Assembly (NCBI GenBank): GCA_951406725.2
Contig: OX597836.1
Coordinates: forward strand, 32,984,001-33,048,000
Length of the DNA: 64,000 nucleotides
Direction of reading: 5' to 3'
Origin: Octopus vulgaris
Taxonomy: Eukaryota
Under the pieces are notes generated by a model. It was not told the origin of the DNA, made no database searches, and saw nothing but the letters and a program-made list of their open reading frames with translations. The translations under genes and the position numbers were made by a program. Below, in pieces: positions 1 through 13,865 of the stretch (positions are counted from its first letter, which is position 1; each line of letters opens with the position of its first letter).

Positions 1-173
1 GTGTATATATGTATAAATTATATATATATATGTAGGCATGTATGTATGTATGTATATATATATATGTATGTATGTATATGTGTATAGATTATATATATGT
101 AAGTATGTATGTATATATATACATACATAGATATATATGCATATATATATGTATTTGTGTATATATTATATAT

Positions 174-225
<52 letters not shown>

Positions 226-275
226 ACATATGTATATACATATGTGTGTGCATATTTACTGTGAGTTGTTTACAT

Positions 276-308
<33 letters not shown>

Positions 309-864
309 CACATACATGTATACATGTGTGTATATCTAAATGTTATTGTACATACATACATACACTTGTATATGATAACACAGCCAATAACAGTTACACA
401 TGTTTCATTTCTTATGAGGCTACACAGCAATATACTATCATATATATATATATATATATATGCATATATATATATATATATATACACACACAGACATATA
501 TGTATTCATACATACAAGCGTTACATACATGTGTGTGTGCGTGCATGTCTGTGTTTGCATGTATGCATGCACGTATATTTAGATATAAATGTATGCATGT
601 CTTCATAAGTCTGTCAGGTTTTCGAGTATTAAATATGCATAAAGGCTGTCTTATTTATAGGATGCCCTGCGCATTGTTTATGCGTGTTAACCTAACTTGT
701 TTTTCTGTGCAGCTACACGTGTGCGAATATGTGTGTGAATGTGTGTGTGTTTATGTGTAGTGTGAGTATATTTGCATCTGCAAATGTCTTCATGCATATA
801 AATATTAATATATATATATATGTATATATACATTTACGTATGTGCATACACACACACACAAATA

Positions 865-904
<40 letters not shown>

Positions 905-914
<10 letters not shown>

Positions 915-1210
915 AACATAGATATGTATTTGTACATATACATACACACACACATATATATATATATATATACAACTACTGTCTACATTTATACATATAT
1001 ACATATATATATATATATATGCAAACATAGATATGTATTTGTACACATACATACACACACACACATATATATATATATACAACTACTGTCTACATTTATA
1101 CATATATACATATATATATATATATATGCAAACATAGATATCTATTTGTACACATACATATACATACACACACACATATATATATATATATACGACTACT
1201 GTCTACATTT

Positions 1211-1247
<37 letters not shown>

Positions 1248-1331
1248 TGCAAACATAGATATCTATTTGTACACATACATATACATACACACACACATAT
1301 ATATATATATATACGACTACTGTCTACATTT

Positions 1332-1362
<31 letters not shown>

Positions 1363-1452
1363 TATGCAAACATAGATATGTATTTGTACACATACATATA
1401 CATACACGCACACATATATATATATATATACAACTACTGTCTACATTTATAA

Positions 1453-1487
<35 letters not shown>

Positions 1488-1510
1488 TAAGTACTGTCTA
1501 CATTTATCTT
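905..1510. repeat. Compound minisatellite, unit about 110-125 bp, embedding TA/CA tracts
   Basis: gcaaacatagatat.tatttgtaca ... actactgtctacatttat repeated 5 times with variable (TA)n lengths. Confidence 0.85.
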
Positions 1511-1802
1511 CTTTAATGGGTTTTTTTTTTGGTATTTTTTTGGAGAGGAATCAAAATAAAGCTAATATTACATCCCTATAAAATATACATTAACAAAAAT
1601 CATCTCAGTTCATACTTGTACGGGTTTGTATATTCATGCGTAAACACACATATGCAATTATGTGAATGTGTGCATATATGTATACAAGTACACATATGCA
1701 CACACACACTCACTGGATGGAAGACACTCTTTTTGGAAGGAGTACCTTTTAGTCTCCTTGCACAGGAAAATGCATATGTGTGGGTATGAGGGTATGAGTA
1801 AA

Positions 1803-1835
<33 letters not shown>

Positions 1836-2188
1836 CATATATAACATATATATATATATATATATATACTATATATATATATATATATTTATTTATTTAT
1901 TTTATACATATATATATATTTATTTATTTTATATATATATATTTGCATATATATTGTACATACATATATATATATATATGTATATATATATACATATATT
2001 AGTATATATTTTGTATGCATGCATATTTGTATATATTTATATTTGTATATATACATATATACACACACACACACATATACAATGGGATGCATATATATAT
2101 ATGTATGTATATTCGTATGTATGTATATTCTCATATCAAACTTCCGTTGTCAATGTCCTGTTTGCATAAATTGAATGGTTTCCTGCAG

Positions 2189-2364
2189 AGCCTTCCAATT
2201 CTCTGGAATCTACTTCGCCTCCACCGCCACCCCCACACACACCCGCCGGCCCTCTAACCTCCAGCCTCTTCTCCCGCCACCACCCACTCCCCATAACCCA
2301 TTCCAACCAACCCTTCCATGTCAATGGCATTATGGCTTACTCCTTACTCGCAGAACACAAATAA
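2189..2364 (+). CDS. Candidate terminal exon encoding a Pro/Ser/His-rich peptide (unassigned)
   Basis: TTTCCTGCAG acceptor at 2179-2188. GC/CpG-rich island in a TA-microsatellite background. Open frame PSNSLESTSPPPPPPHTPAGPLTSSLFSRHHPLPITHSNQPFHVNGIMAYSLLAEHK then TAA (2362-2364); AATAAA near 2412. No recognisable homology. Confidence 0.25.
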
Positions 2365-2983
2365 CTGGATAGACATTTGTTTATTTCTTTGACAACAACA
2401 ACAGTAAAAAGAATAAAATAAAATATAAAAAAAAACATTGTATTTTTTTTTCTCTCTCTCTCTCTCTCTCTCATTCTTCCACTTCTTGGCATTCTTCCTT
2501 CTTAAAAATTCATTTTTGGCCATTTTTTTTTTTCATTCCTCATTCGTCACAATTCTTTTTCCTTGCTTCATTCCTTCAACGCAATTCTTTCTTTTCATCA
2601 TCTTTGCAGTTTTCTTCTTTTCGGCATTCTTCTGTGCAATTTTTCTTCCTATCCTTTTTCATTCTTCTTCTCTTTTACATTCATATTCTTCCTTTTTTTT
2701 CCATTCTTCTTTTTATTATTCTTCATCATTTTTGCATTATTCTTTCCAGTCTTTCATTTTCTTCTTCTTCTGTATTCTCCTTCTTTTTTCCTCTTGACTT
2801 AATAGCCATAAATGAATTACTGAGAGATGATTTTTTTCCTCCTGGTTAAGAAACCAGTCTACATTTGAGTAATTGTCCCTAATAATCTGACATCTTATTC
2901 TCAAACATCAACAAACATGACAAACACATCAATATATATCCAGGGCTGTTTTGAACTCTCTATCTACAAACATTTACTCTAAT

Positions 2984-3368
2984 GGTGGAAGCACTCCGTC
3001 GGTACGACGACGAGGGTTCCGGTTGATCAGATCAACGGAACAGCCTGCTCGTGAAATTAACGTGTAAGTGGCTGAGCACTCCACAGACACGTGTACCCTT
3101 AACGTAGTTCTCGGGGATATTCAGCGTGACACAGAGAGTGACAAGGCCGGCCCTTTGAAATACAGGTACAACAGAAACAGGAAGTAAGAGTGAGAGAAAG
3201 TTGTGGTGAAAGAGTACAGCAGAGATCACCACCATCCCTGCTGGAGCCTCGTGGAGCTTTAGGTGTTTTCGCTCAATAAACACTCACAACGCCCGGTCTG
3301 GGAATCGAAACCGCGATCCTACGACCGCGAGTCCGCTGCCCTAACCACTGGGCCAATGCACCTCCACC
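2984..3368 (-). mobile_element. tRNA-derived SINE family B with a 9-bp target-site duplication
   Basis: Head TGGCCCAGTGGTTAGGGCAGCGGACTCGCGG...GGTTTCGATTCCC on the minus strand; TACTCTAAT at 2975-2983 and 3369-3377. Confidence 0.9.
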
Positions 3369-3491
3369 TACTCTAATACCTTACCAACTACACTCAACCA
3401 TTTATCTTATCTCTGTGGTAATACCTTTAAACAATCCCATAGTTAAGCTGCAGCTAATGAAATTGCTACCTAATTAAAATACCTGCTATAT

Positions 3492-3914
3492 CTTTACTCT
3501 CTTTTACTCTTTTACTTGTTTCAGTCATGTGACTGTGGTCATGCTGGAGCACTGCCTTTTTGCTCGATCAAATTGACCCCAGGACTTATTCTTTGTAAGC
3601 CTAGTACTTATTTTTATCGGTCTCTTTTTTGCCGAACCGCTAAGTTACAGGGATGCAAACACACCAGCATCAGTTGTCAAGCGATGTTGGGGAGGGGGGG
3701 ACAAACACAGACACACAAACACGCACATACAAAATATATATACATATATATGACGGGCTTCTTTCAGTTTCCGTCTACCAAATCTACTCACAAGGCTTTG
3801 GTCGGCCCGAGGCTGTAGTAGAAGACACTTACCCAAGGTGCCACACAGTGGGACTGAACCCGGTACCATGTGGTTCGTATGCAAGCTACTTACCACACAG
3901 CCACTCCTACGCCT
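3492..3914 (-). mobile_element. SINE family A
   Basis: Full-length reverse-strand homologue with (CTCTTTTA)n tail. Confidence 0.9.
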
Positions 3915-4087
3915 AAATATGATTATTTATTTTCTGGAGCTGCAAACTTACAGCAAAAATGTGCAGCTTTGTTTTGATCAAAAGTATCTGCTACTCCAGT
4001 CACTGTAAAAAAAACTCTGCCTAAAGCTCACTATAACTAGATTTCTTTCACTTTACCTCACCTGCATTCAACAGCTCTATCATTTCA

Positions 4088-4138
4088 CTCTCTCTCTCTC
4101 TTCCTTTCTCTCTCTCTCTCTTCCTTTCTTTCTCTCTC

Positions 4139-4171
<33 letters not shown>

Positions 4172-4525
4172 TCCTTTCTTTCTCTCTCTCTCTACCTTTC
4201 TCTCTCTCTCGCTTCCTCTCTCTCTCTCTTCCTTTCTCTCTCTCTCTTCCTTTCTTTCTCTCTCTTCCTTTCTTTCTCTCTCTTCCTTTCTCTCTCTCTC
4301 TCTCTCTTCCTTTCTTTCTCTCTCTCTCTCTACCTTTCTCTCTCTCTCGCTTCCTCTCTCTCTCTCTCTTCCTTTCTCTCTCTCTCTTCCTTTCTTTCTC
4401 TCTCTCTCTACCTTTTTCTCTCTCTACCTTTCTCTCTCTTTCTTCCTCTCTCTCTCTTCCTTTCTCTCTCTCTCTTCCTTTCTTTCTTTCTCTCTCTCTC
4501 TTCCTTTCTTTCTCTCTCTCTCTCC
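4088..4525. repeat. Polypyrimidine (CT/CTTT) tract
   Basis: About 440 bp almost purely C/T. Confidence 0.95.
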
Positions 4526-5117
4526 CAGTGTGATAGCAAATAAAAACATACTGTAAATTATTACAGATGATATCTATATTCACAAACACAAGTACGCACA
4601 CACACACACACACACACACAGACTCTCACTCACACATATACAGATATGAGGTAGGGGGTGTTGTTTTATTGCTTAATATCAAAATCAGGAATAAATTGTT
4701 TTATAATTACCTTGCGTGTTGGATAAAGAACACAGTTGGTGCTGCACCATTCTCGACCAATGTGCTGTAAACTTACCCATCTTAATTTCAGTTTTTAGGT
4801 TAATCAATTAATTAATTCATTCATTCATGTAGCATTTTCCATACCTCCTAAAATTATAAATATGTTTCTTTTCATCATAGCTAGTTTATTTATATATTCT
4901 ACTTAAGCTCAAGCAGGAGAGAAGATAATTTTTAAATTACTTATGAAAAATGAAGCTTTATTAGTATTGCTGTTCTGAAATTGGAATGTTAGAATTCAGT
5001 AATCTTATGGGACTGCTTCAACACAGTATCTCCTGATCTGCTAATAAAAGCAACCAAATCACTCTCAGATCACTACTTTTTTTTCTTTTTAAAATGAAAA
5101 GAGAATATATTGGATAA

Positions 5118-5941
5118 CATTGTCTAACAAAATTTTAATTTTTTAATTTTTAATTTTTTTAATTTTTGATTTTGGTAAGTGTTATTTCCAATTTGCTTCC
5201 ATCTAGAAATGAAAGGAAATCACTACTATTCCCTTCAAACTTTGCTTTTGTGACCCAGACATCGATGCTTTGAAACTGAGATAGTTTCCATTACATCTCA
5301 GACAGATTCCACGCTGAATTGCTGAAGAGGGGTTTTTGTTATAGGAAATATTCCACTTGAACATGTCACTGAAGGTGGTGAGATGGCAGAATCGTTAGCA
5401 CGCTGGGCGAAATGCTTAGCAGTATTTTGTCTGCCGCTACATTCTGAATTAAAATTCCGTCAAGGTCGACTTTGCCTTTCATCCTTTCGGGATCGATTAA
5501 ATAAGTACCAGTTACGCACTGGGGTCAATATAATCAACTTAATCCGTTTGTCTGTCCTTGTTTGTCCTCTCTGTGTTCAGATCCTTGTGTGTAGTAAAGA
5601 AATAGGTATTTCGTCTGTCTTTACGTTCTGAGCTCAAATTCTGCCGAGTTCGACTTTGCCTTTCATCCTTTTGGGATCGATAAGTTAAGTACCAGTTGCA
5701 TACTGTGGTTGATCTAATCGACTGCCCTCCCTCCCCAAAAATTTCAGGCCTTGTGCCTAGAATAGAAAAGAATATATGCATCTCTGATCGTGTGCAGGAG
5801 TAATGGGGGAGCATCATAGCCATGTGTTGAGAGGGATTCTTTGAGGTTTGAGTAAATATTAGGCATTTTTCATACTTTCAAGGGTTAAGTGAACAGGAAG
5901 TAACAGTTACTACCCAAGGACAAAAATCCTGTTACACAGTG
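5118..5941. mobile_element. Non-autonomous Chapaev3-like (CMC) DNA transposon with an internal SINE dimer
   Basis: Ends CATTGTCTAACA...TGTTACACAGTG, flanked by TAA on both sides (5115-5117 and 5942-5944). Subterminal ttcaaactttgcttttgtgacc motif. Homologous, in inverted orientation, to the 49.2-50.0 kb copy. Confidence 0.7.
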
Positions 5942-6262
5942 TAATGTATGTAACTTCAATAGAAGCTATGTGTCTGAAGGAACAGCTGGGTTGGTAATCA
6001 CTGGAATATTTTTCATCTATGGTCTATCTGCTGGACATGAGAGACGATCTGGTAATAAGCAATGGCAGGAACACAAGCATTTGTGAGCTTCAACCAAGTG
6101 ATTCAACCTGCCAGAATGAGGTGCCCTTCAAATCACATCCTACTATCATAAAAAAGATAGGACAAATTTGAATAGCGAGGCAATATACAACATTATAAAA
6201 ATTGCTCACTGCAACCTTTTGTACAATGCACTCTATAGAATTCTATATTCTATATAATACAG

Positions 6263-6565
6263 AGTGGAGGCGCAATGGCCCAGTGGTTAGGGCAGCAGTC
6301 TCATGGTCGTAGGATCATGGTTTCGATTCCCAGACCGGGCGTTGTGTGTGTTTATTGAGCGAAAACACCTAAAGTTCCACGAGGCTCCGGCAGGGGGTGG
6401 TGGTGACCCCTGTTGTACTCTTTTGCCCCAACTTTCTCTCACTCTTTCTTCCTGTTTCTTGAGTAATGCTGCAATGGACTGGTGTCCCGTCCGACACATA
6501 CACCACAGAAACCAGGCCCATGAGCCTGGCTGGGCTTGTAAAGGGTGCATAAATAAATAAAAAAT
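6263..6565 (+). mobile_element. SINE family B head and body with a different 3' tail
   Basis: The first 200 bp or so match family B, then diverge; TACAGAG on both flanks. Confidence 0.75.
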
Positions 6566-6624
6566 ATTACAGAGGGTTAGAGAAAGGTCTGAGCAACAAT
6601 GGCCTCACAGCAGTTCTGAGAAAT

Positions 6625-6806
6625 CGTGACCATGCTGGAGTACTGCCTTGAAGAATCTTAGTTGAATGAATTGACCCCGGTATTTTTTTAACTAAGCCTG
6701 GTGTTTATTCTATCAATCTCTTCCACCAAACTGTGAAGTTACAGGGACATAAACCCACCAATACCAGTTGTCAAGTGGTGGTTGGGAAACAAACACAGAC
6801 ACAAAG

Positions 6807-6839
<33 letters not shown>

Positions 6840-7185
6840 CACACGATGGGCTTCTTTCAGTTTCCATCTATAGAATCCACTTACAAGGCTTTGGTTGGTC
6901 TGAAGCTATAGTAGAAGACACTTGCCCAAGGTGCCACACAGTGGGACTGAACCCAGAACCATGGGGCTGGGAAGTAACCTTCTCACCAAACACAGCCACA
7001 CCTGCACCTTATATATATATATGTGACAGGCTTCTTTCAGTTTCCAACTACCAAATCCACTTTCAAGGCTTTGGTTGGTCCGAGGCTATAGTAGAAGACA
7101 CTTGCCCAAGGTGCCACACAGTGGGACTGAACCCAGAACCATGGGTTTGGGAAGTAACCTTCTTACCAACACAGCCACACCTGCA
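6625..7185 (-). mobile_element. SINE family A with a tandemly duplicated 5' half (180-bp period)
   Basis: About 6845-7010 is repeated at about 7025-7185. Confidence 0.8.
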
Positions 7186-7951
7186 GCTCCTTGTTTATCT
7201 ATTGTTTTTGTTTTTACTTTTATTTTACTTTTCTTTCCTTTACTATTTCAACTATGTACTGTCCTCACTGCTTTGGGGCACTTGTAACCAATGAAAGAAA
7301 CCATTATTTTATTATTTTTTTTTTAATACCACAACTACCACCAAAAAGGGGACCACTACTACCATTGAAAAATAATCATTATATATACACAGATAGATAA
7401 AAAAAAAAATACAGTGCCGGGGGGGGGGGGGGGCTACCCTCTCTCCCCTCTTGCAACAGTGTCTTTTCATCTAATAATGATTTTTACCTTGAAACCTATT
7501 GTTAAAACCCAGCAATTATCTTCTTTCACCTTTGATCCTTCACCTCATAACTATCAGCTTCTCAGAGAAATCTTTGACAAGCTCCCTTGCTTTGGAATAA
7601 TGCTCTCTTATCTGTTTGACACATTTATCAATGCTTCCTTCCTTCCTTCCTTCCTTCCTTCCTTTCTCTGTTTTGTTTCCTTCTTTATTTTCTTTCTGCC
7701 ATCTTATTTATTCCTTAGTCCTTTCCATCTTTCTTTCTCCCCATTTCTTGTTTCCTTTCCATGTTTCTTTCTTGCTAGCTCTCCTTCTATTGTTCTTTCT
7801 TTCTCTCTTTCTCTCTCTTTCTTTCTTTCTTTCTTTCCTTCTTTCTTATACATATTTCGCTGCAGTGGGTGGTTGAGAAAAGTTTGGCCTTATTTTTTTT
7901 AATCCTTGTTATCTTTCTAGGTCTATGCATATATGTATATATACAAATAAT

Positions 7952-8017
<66 letters not shown>

Positions 8018-8019
8018 TA

Positions 8020-8069
<50 letters not shown>

Positions 8070-8107
8070 CGAATGATTTTTTTAAGCAGTGTTGATTTTT
8101 ACAATTC

Positions 8108-8385
8108 TCCAGCCTCGGCTGCCCCCCCCGTGCCGGTGGCACGTAAAAAGCACCATCCGATCGTGGCCGTTTGCCAGCCCTGTCTGGCACCTGTGCAGGT
8201 GGCACGTAAAAAGCACCCACTACACTCTTGGAGTGGTTGGCGTTAGGAAGGGCATCCAGCGGTAGAAACACTGCCAGATCAGACTGGGCCTGGCGCAGCC
8301 TACTGGCTCCCCAGACCCCAGTTGAACCGTCCAACCCATGCTAGCATGGAAAACGGACGTTAAACGATGATGATGATGATGATGA
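8108..8385 (+). mobile_element. RTE-related short element, family D, with a (GAT)n tail
   Basis: ggcacgtaaaaagcacc...ggcgttaggaagggcatccagc...catgctagcatggaaaacggacgttaaacgatgatg. Homologues at about 9821-10060, 33965-34090, 35545-35760, 38130-38290, 44052-44476 (all -) and 60765-60998 (+). Confidence 0.85.
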
Positions 8386-8409
8386 ATAGTATTTTATAAG
8401 CTTCATACT

Positions 8410-8873
8410 TATAGCAATCACCACACAGTGACTAAAGAAAATATCTAATTCTGGGCCATATAAGCCCTCAACAGAAAAAGTAGGTTTTCTGTACACATGA
8501 GACTTGAACCCACACCTCTTTGTTTACATGACCAAGTGTGCTGCTCATTACACTAACAAACCTACCTGCTTTTTTTCTGTCAGATGTAAGAGCTATATAT
8601 AATTAGTATGTAATTGTTTTCGTAAACAAACTTTCATGTAAAGATCAACACTGCTTTAAAAAACTCATTCACAGTAAAAGCACATGAAAGTTTGTTTACA
8701 AAAACAACTACGAACTAATTATAGTTCTTAAATCTGACAGCACACTTGGTTGTGTAAACAAAGAGGTGTGGGTTCGAGTCCCACGTGTACGGTAAACCTA
8801 CTTTTTCCTGTCAAAGGCTTATATGCCCCAGTATTAGACTATTTTCTTGAGTCTTTGTGCAGTAATCGCTATA
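8410..8873. mobile_element. Long fold-back element containing a tRNA-like cassette
   Basis: Arms about 8410-8639 and 8682-8873 are inverted copies. Each carries a B-box (GGTTCGAGTCC on +, GGTTCAAGTC on -); the left arm also has an A-box-like TAGTGTAATGAG on -. Confidence 0.75.
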
Positions 8874-8882
8874 GGCTTTAAG

Positions 8883-8954
<72 letters not shown>

Positions 8955-9003
8955 AATATCAAGGTCTCTTTCATTCTTTTCTTGTCTTACCATTTCTATC
9001 AAC

Positions 9004-9034
<31 letters not shown>

Positions 9035-9049
9035 TATATAAATAAAAGA

Positions 9050-9082
<33 letters not shown>

Positions 9083-9139
9083 TATATGTATGTGTGTGTA
9101 TATATATATACACAGACACACACACACGCAAATACTCAC

Positions 9140-9820
9140 ATGTGTGTGAGTGTCTGTGTTGGAAAATACTTCAATGGATTTCAGGGTGTGCATGGTGGCT
9201 ACGGCTTTGGCTCCAGAAATAAGGAAGAGACAAGGCAGCAGGAGCTTTGCAATGCTCATGGCTTACTGGTCTGCAACACCAACTTCAGAAAACCGGCCAT
9301 CTGATCACATATCAGTCTGGTGGGACACACCAGTCAGATTGATTACATCCTCACCAGACACGGGGATAGATATATGCTCGTAAATGCAAAATCTTTCCCT
9401 GAGGAAGAATGTACAACTCAGCATAAGCTATTCATTGAGGAATTCAAGCTTAGGGCCAGAAAGATCCAGAGATGCAAGCCAATATGGAAAAGGAGACTGC
9501 AGAAGCTCAAGGATCTTTCAAAACACTCAGAGAATTTGAGATGTCCTTGATGAGGCCTTTGATGAGAAGGAGAGAAAGTTAGAGATATATGATGTAGAGG
9601 ACAACTGGTGGATCATACGGGGACAATCTAATAAGGGAAACAGACCAAATTCGTGGTTGGAGCAAAGCCTCTGCCAGACCAAGGTTGACGTGGTGGTGGA
9701 ACGATGATGTTGACAGGGTCATAAAAGGGGAGAGATAGGTTTGGAAAGGGTGGGAAAAGAGAATGGTAGGGAAGATTCATATCAGAAGGCTAAAAGGGAG
9801 GCTAGATGTCAGGTTTATCT
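9140..9820 (+). pseudogene. RTE-clade LINE fragment (APE endonuclease C-terminus and linker)
   Basis: VHGGYGFGSRN...LLVCNTNFRKP, SQIDYIL, AKSFPEEECTTQHKL and a downstream TWWWND motif; multiple frameshifts. Confidence 0.85.
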
Positions 9821-10629
9821 ATCATCATCATCATCATCATCATCATCATTGTTTAACGTCCACTTTCCATGCTAGCATGGTTTGGACGGTTTGACTGAGG
9901 TCTGGTGAACCAGATGGCTGCACCAGGCTCCAATCTGATCTGGCAGAGTTTCTACAGCTGGATGCCCTTCCTAACACCAACCACTCCGAGAGTGTAATGG
10001 GTGCTTTTACGTGCCACTGGCAGTAGGGCCAGTCAGGCAGTACTAGCAACGGCCACACTCAAATAATTGTTTTTAGCACAAGTCCTGGATTTGAAATTTG
10101 CGGAAGGGTCTTAGTTGATTAAATTGAAACCCTTGACAGAATGAATGACTCAGCTGACTTTGGGTGTGATTTGAACTCAGAATATAAAGCTCTGAAACAT
10201 ATACATCATGAGGTGTTTTCATTGAATCTCTAACAAAGAACATTGCCAATCCTCTGCTCTGATGGAAATGAAGATGGTAATGTTGATGATGCTGCTGCTG
10301 CAGGCAGTGCAGCTTCATATACACACACACACACACACACACATACATATATATATGTGTGTGTGTATAGAGAGAAAGAGGGGGGAAGAGAGAGAGATAG
10401 ACATATATATATATATATATATATGTGTGTGTAGAGATACATATATATATATTTATGCTTGTATATATGTGCCAACACACACACACATGTATGTATATGT
10501 GTATATATATGAAACCAATGGAAGCCTTAATTCACAAATGAAGAAATTATAAATCAACCAATGCAATGTTGAGCACTCATTTCATCATTTAACATTTACA
10601 CACATATATATATGTATGTGTGTGTGTGT

Positions 10630-10687
<58 letters not shown>

Positions 10688-11544
10688 GCGTGTGTGTGTG
10701 TGTGTGCGTGTGTGTGTATATATGTATATATATATATATACACACATACATATATATGTGTGTGCGTAGAGAGAGAGAGAGAAGAAGGAGGAGAGAGAGA
10801 AACAAATATGTATATATACATATATTAATATATATGTGTATACATGTATGTATACATATATATATACATACACGCACACATGCACACATACATACACATG
10901 CACACGCACTGGAAACTCAATGATGAGACAAATACATGAACCATCCTTTTACCCATCAATCAACCCGACTTAACACTTCGCCACCACCACCCCTGCCACA
11001 CCCAAACACACACACACATACACAGAGAGGGCGGGAGGGAGGAAGGGAGGCAAGCAATTTTTTCCAAAACAAAAATGTGTTGTTGGTGATTTAAAACAAT
11101 TCATTACTAATTTGTCAAAATGAATTCCTTTGGCATCCCGGGTGGCTATTGGGAGAGAAGAGGGTTCTTAGAGGTACCCCCTTCCCACCCTTTTGATTAC
11201 CCTTACAGCAAAAACAAAAAAAAAGATGACCAAAAACAGAAGTGGAAATAAAGTACCCCACAAAAAATCATAAATATTTTGGATTTTTTTTTAATACTTT
11301 TTAAAATTTTATTCCATTTTCCTTCTTTCCTTCTCTCTCTCCCTCTCTCTATTTCTCCTTCACTCCCTTTCTGCTGTTCTCCCTCTATATATCATTTTTT
11401 TAGTCCATCATCTCTCTCCCTCTCTACCTCCCTATTTGTCCCTTTATCTATCTCTCATTTATTCCCATCTTTCTATATCTCTACCCCAGTTAATCTATCT
11501 ATCCATCCATCCATCTATTTATCTATCCATCTATCTATCTATCC

Positions 11545-11577
<33 letters not shown>

Positions 11578-11582
11578 ATTAA

Positions 11583-11635
<53 letters not shown>

Positions 11636-11790
11636 AGTCTATCTGTCTATCTATCTTTCAGTCCATCTATCTATCTACCTATCTATCTATCTATCTATCT
11701 ATTTATCTATCTATTAATGTATCTATCTGTCTGTCTACCTAACACTTTATTTCTCTATCTTTCTATCTCTCTTTATCTATATACCTATCA

Positions 11791-11836
<46 letters not shown>

Positions 11837-11841
11837 TTGTA

Positions 11842-11887
<46 letters not shown>

Positions 11888-12595
11888 AATATATATATAC
11901 AAATATATATATACAAATATATAAATATATATATGCATCTATTTACCTATCTATCTTCCTTCAAATTTTAATCATCTTCATTTGCGGTATTAATGAGCCG
12001 TTTATTATCCAGTGATTTCCATATTTCAAAAATGATGGACCATTTCATCTCCTCCATCCAAAACAAAACCCCTAATTTTTTTCTTCTTCTTTTTTAAAAT
12101 TTCCTTTTTATTCTTCTTTGTTTTCCTCCTTTGTTTTCTGTAAAAAAAAAAAAGCAAAAACAACAACAACAACAAAAAATAGGGATTAGTTCGTTCTTGC
12201 ACTTTTTACCTTTTTTTTAATCATTTTTGTTAATTCTATTATTATCATCATCATTATTGTTTTTCCGCTCTTCCCTCTCACCTCTCCTCATAGCATTGGA
12301 TTGCATTTCATTACATTCCATTCTTTACATTGAAGTTTTTCTTTGTTTTGTTATTATTCTGTTATTATTTCTAAAGTGTTATGTTCTTTTATTATTTTTT
12401 TTTTGAAAAAAAATTGTTCTGGTTTGTTTCACTTTGTGTTCATCATTTCTCTTCCTTGTAATATATTTCATTCTAATACATGTGTGTTTGTGCATGGGCA
12501 TGTGTATATGAATATATGTGTGTGTGTGTGTGTATGTGTGTGTGTGTGTGTGTGGTGTGTTTGTGTACATATACTTATATATATATACATATATG

Positions 12596-12630
<35 letters not shown>

Positions 12631-12642
12631 ATAATCATATAT

Positions 12643-12682
<40 letters not shown>

Positions 12683-12833
12683 CTGTATGCATGTAAGTGT
12701 GCATATATAAGTATACACACATGCACACATGCATATATATATATATGTATGCATGTATGTATATATAAGTATGTACACACATGCACACACACACACATAT
12801 ATATGTGTATGTATATGCATATGTTTATGTCTG

Positions 12834-12866
<33 letters not shown>

Positions 12867-13810
12867 TGTGTGTGTGTGTGCGTGTGTATATGTGTGTATA
12901 CATACATACATATATATGTGTGTGTGTGTGTGTATCAATATATATATATATATATTATACTGTTTATTATTTTCTTCTTTATTTACTCTGCAAAAAAGAA
13001 TGTGCAGGCAAAACAAAAACGAAACAATAAAAAATAATAAGACAAAACAATACCCACCAACACCTAATCAAATCCCACCCCTCTCATACCAGAAACCCAC
13101 CCACCTAAGGAAAAAAACAAAACGTTAAAAAGACAAACATAGTAACACAAACAAGCCCCCACCCCCTTCCACCTAGCCCTCCACTACCACTGCCACCTCC
13201 TTTCAGCCCCCTCTTCTGTCCCTTCCTCCCCCACCCCTCCGCTACCTCTATCATCTTCAACCAAATTCTGACATCTGCAGTATTTATTCTGACACCATAA
13301 CTAGTCTTTGATAAAAATAAATAAATAATAAAATAAATAAATGGATAAATAAATAAATAAATAAGTAAATAAATAACAAGCAGATATCAGAATTCAACCC
13401 ACCCTGCACCCGTCGCCCAGTCATCCCACCCATCCACCCCTCTTCATCCTAGGGCCACCCTTACTACTCCATCAGTCTTTCACTAATGTGTTCTAATCTG
13501 TCAAAGTCTTAGGCACTGCACCAATCTCTCCAACACCCAAACCACCCCACCCATCCCCCACTCTGTTTCCTACCCTGACCAACACTTCATCTTCCACAAT
13601 CACCACCCTCGTTATCTCTCTGTATCTCTACCTGTCTATCTATCATTTTGCTATCTGCCTGTCTGTCTGTCAATCTATTCCATCTGTCTGTCTGTCTGTG
13701 TCTGTCGATCTGTCTATCTATATTTCTATCTGTGTATCTCTCCGTTCATCTATCTATCTATCTATCTATCTATCTCTTACTGCTTATCTATGTACTTATC
13801 TATGTAGCTG

Positions 13811-13865
<55 letters not shown>

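Noticed and set aside
42-2169. Long YI/CV/HT-rich ORFs in the ORF track
   Set aside because: Translations of (TA)n/(CA)n microsatellites, which lack stop codons in several frames; no protein signal. The same applies to such ORFs throughout the window.
3290-3368. tRNA gene (TCG anticodon-like)
   Set aside because: The tRNA-like sequence is the head of a dispersed SINE with body, tail and TSD; no proper acceptor stem or terminator. The same holds for the heads of families A, E and F.
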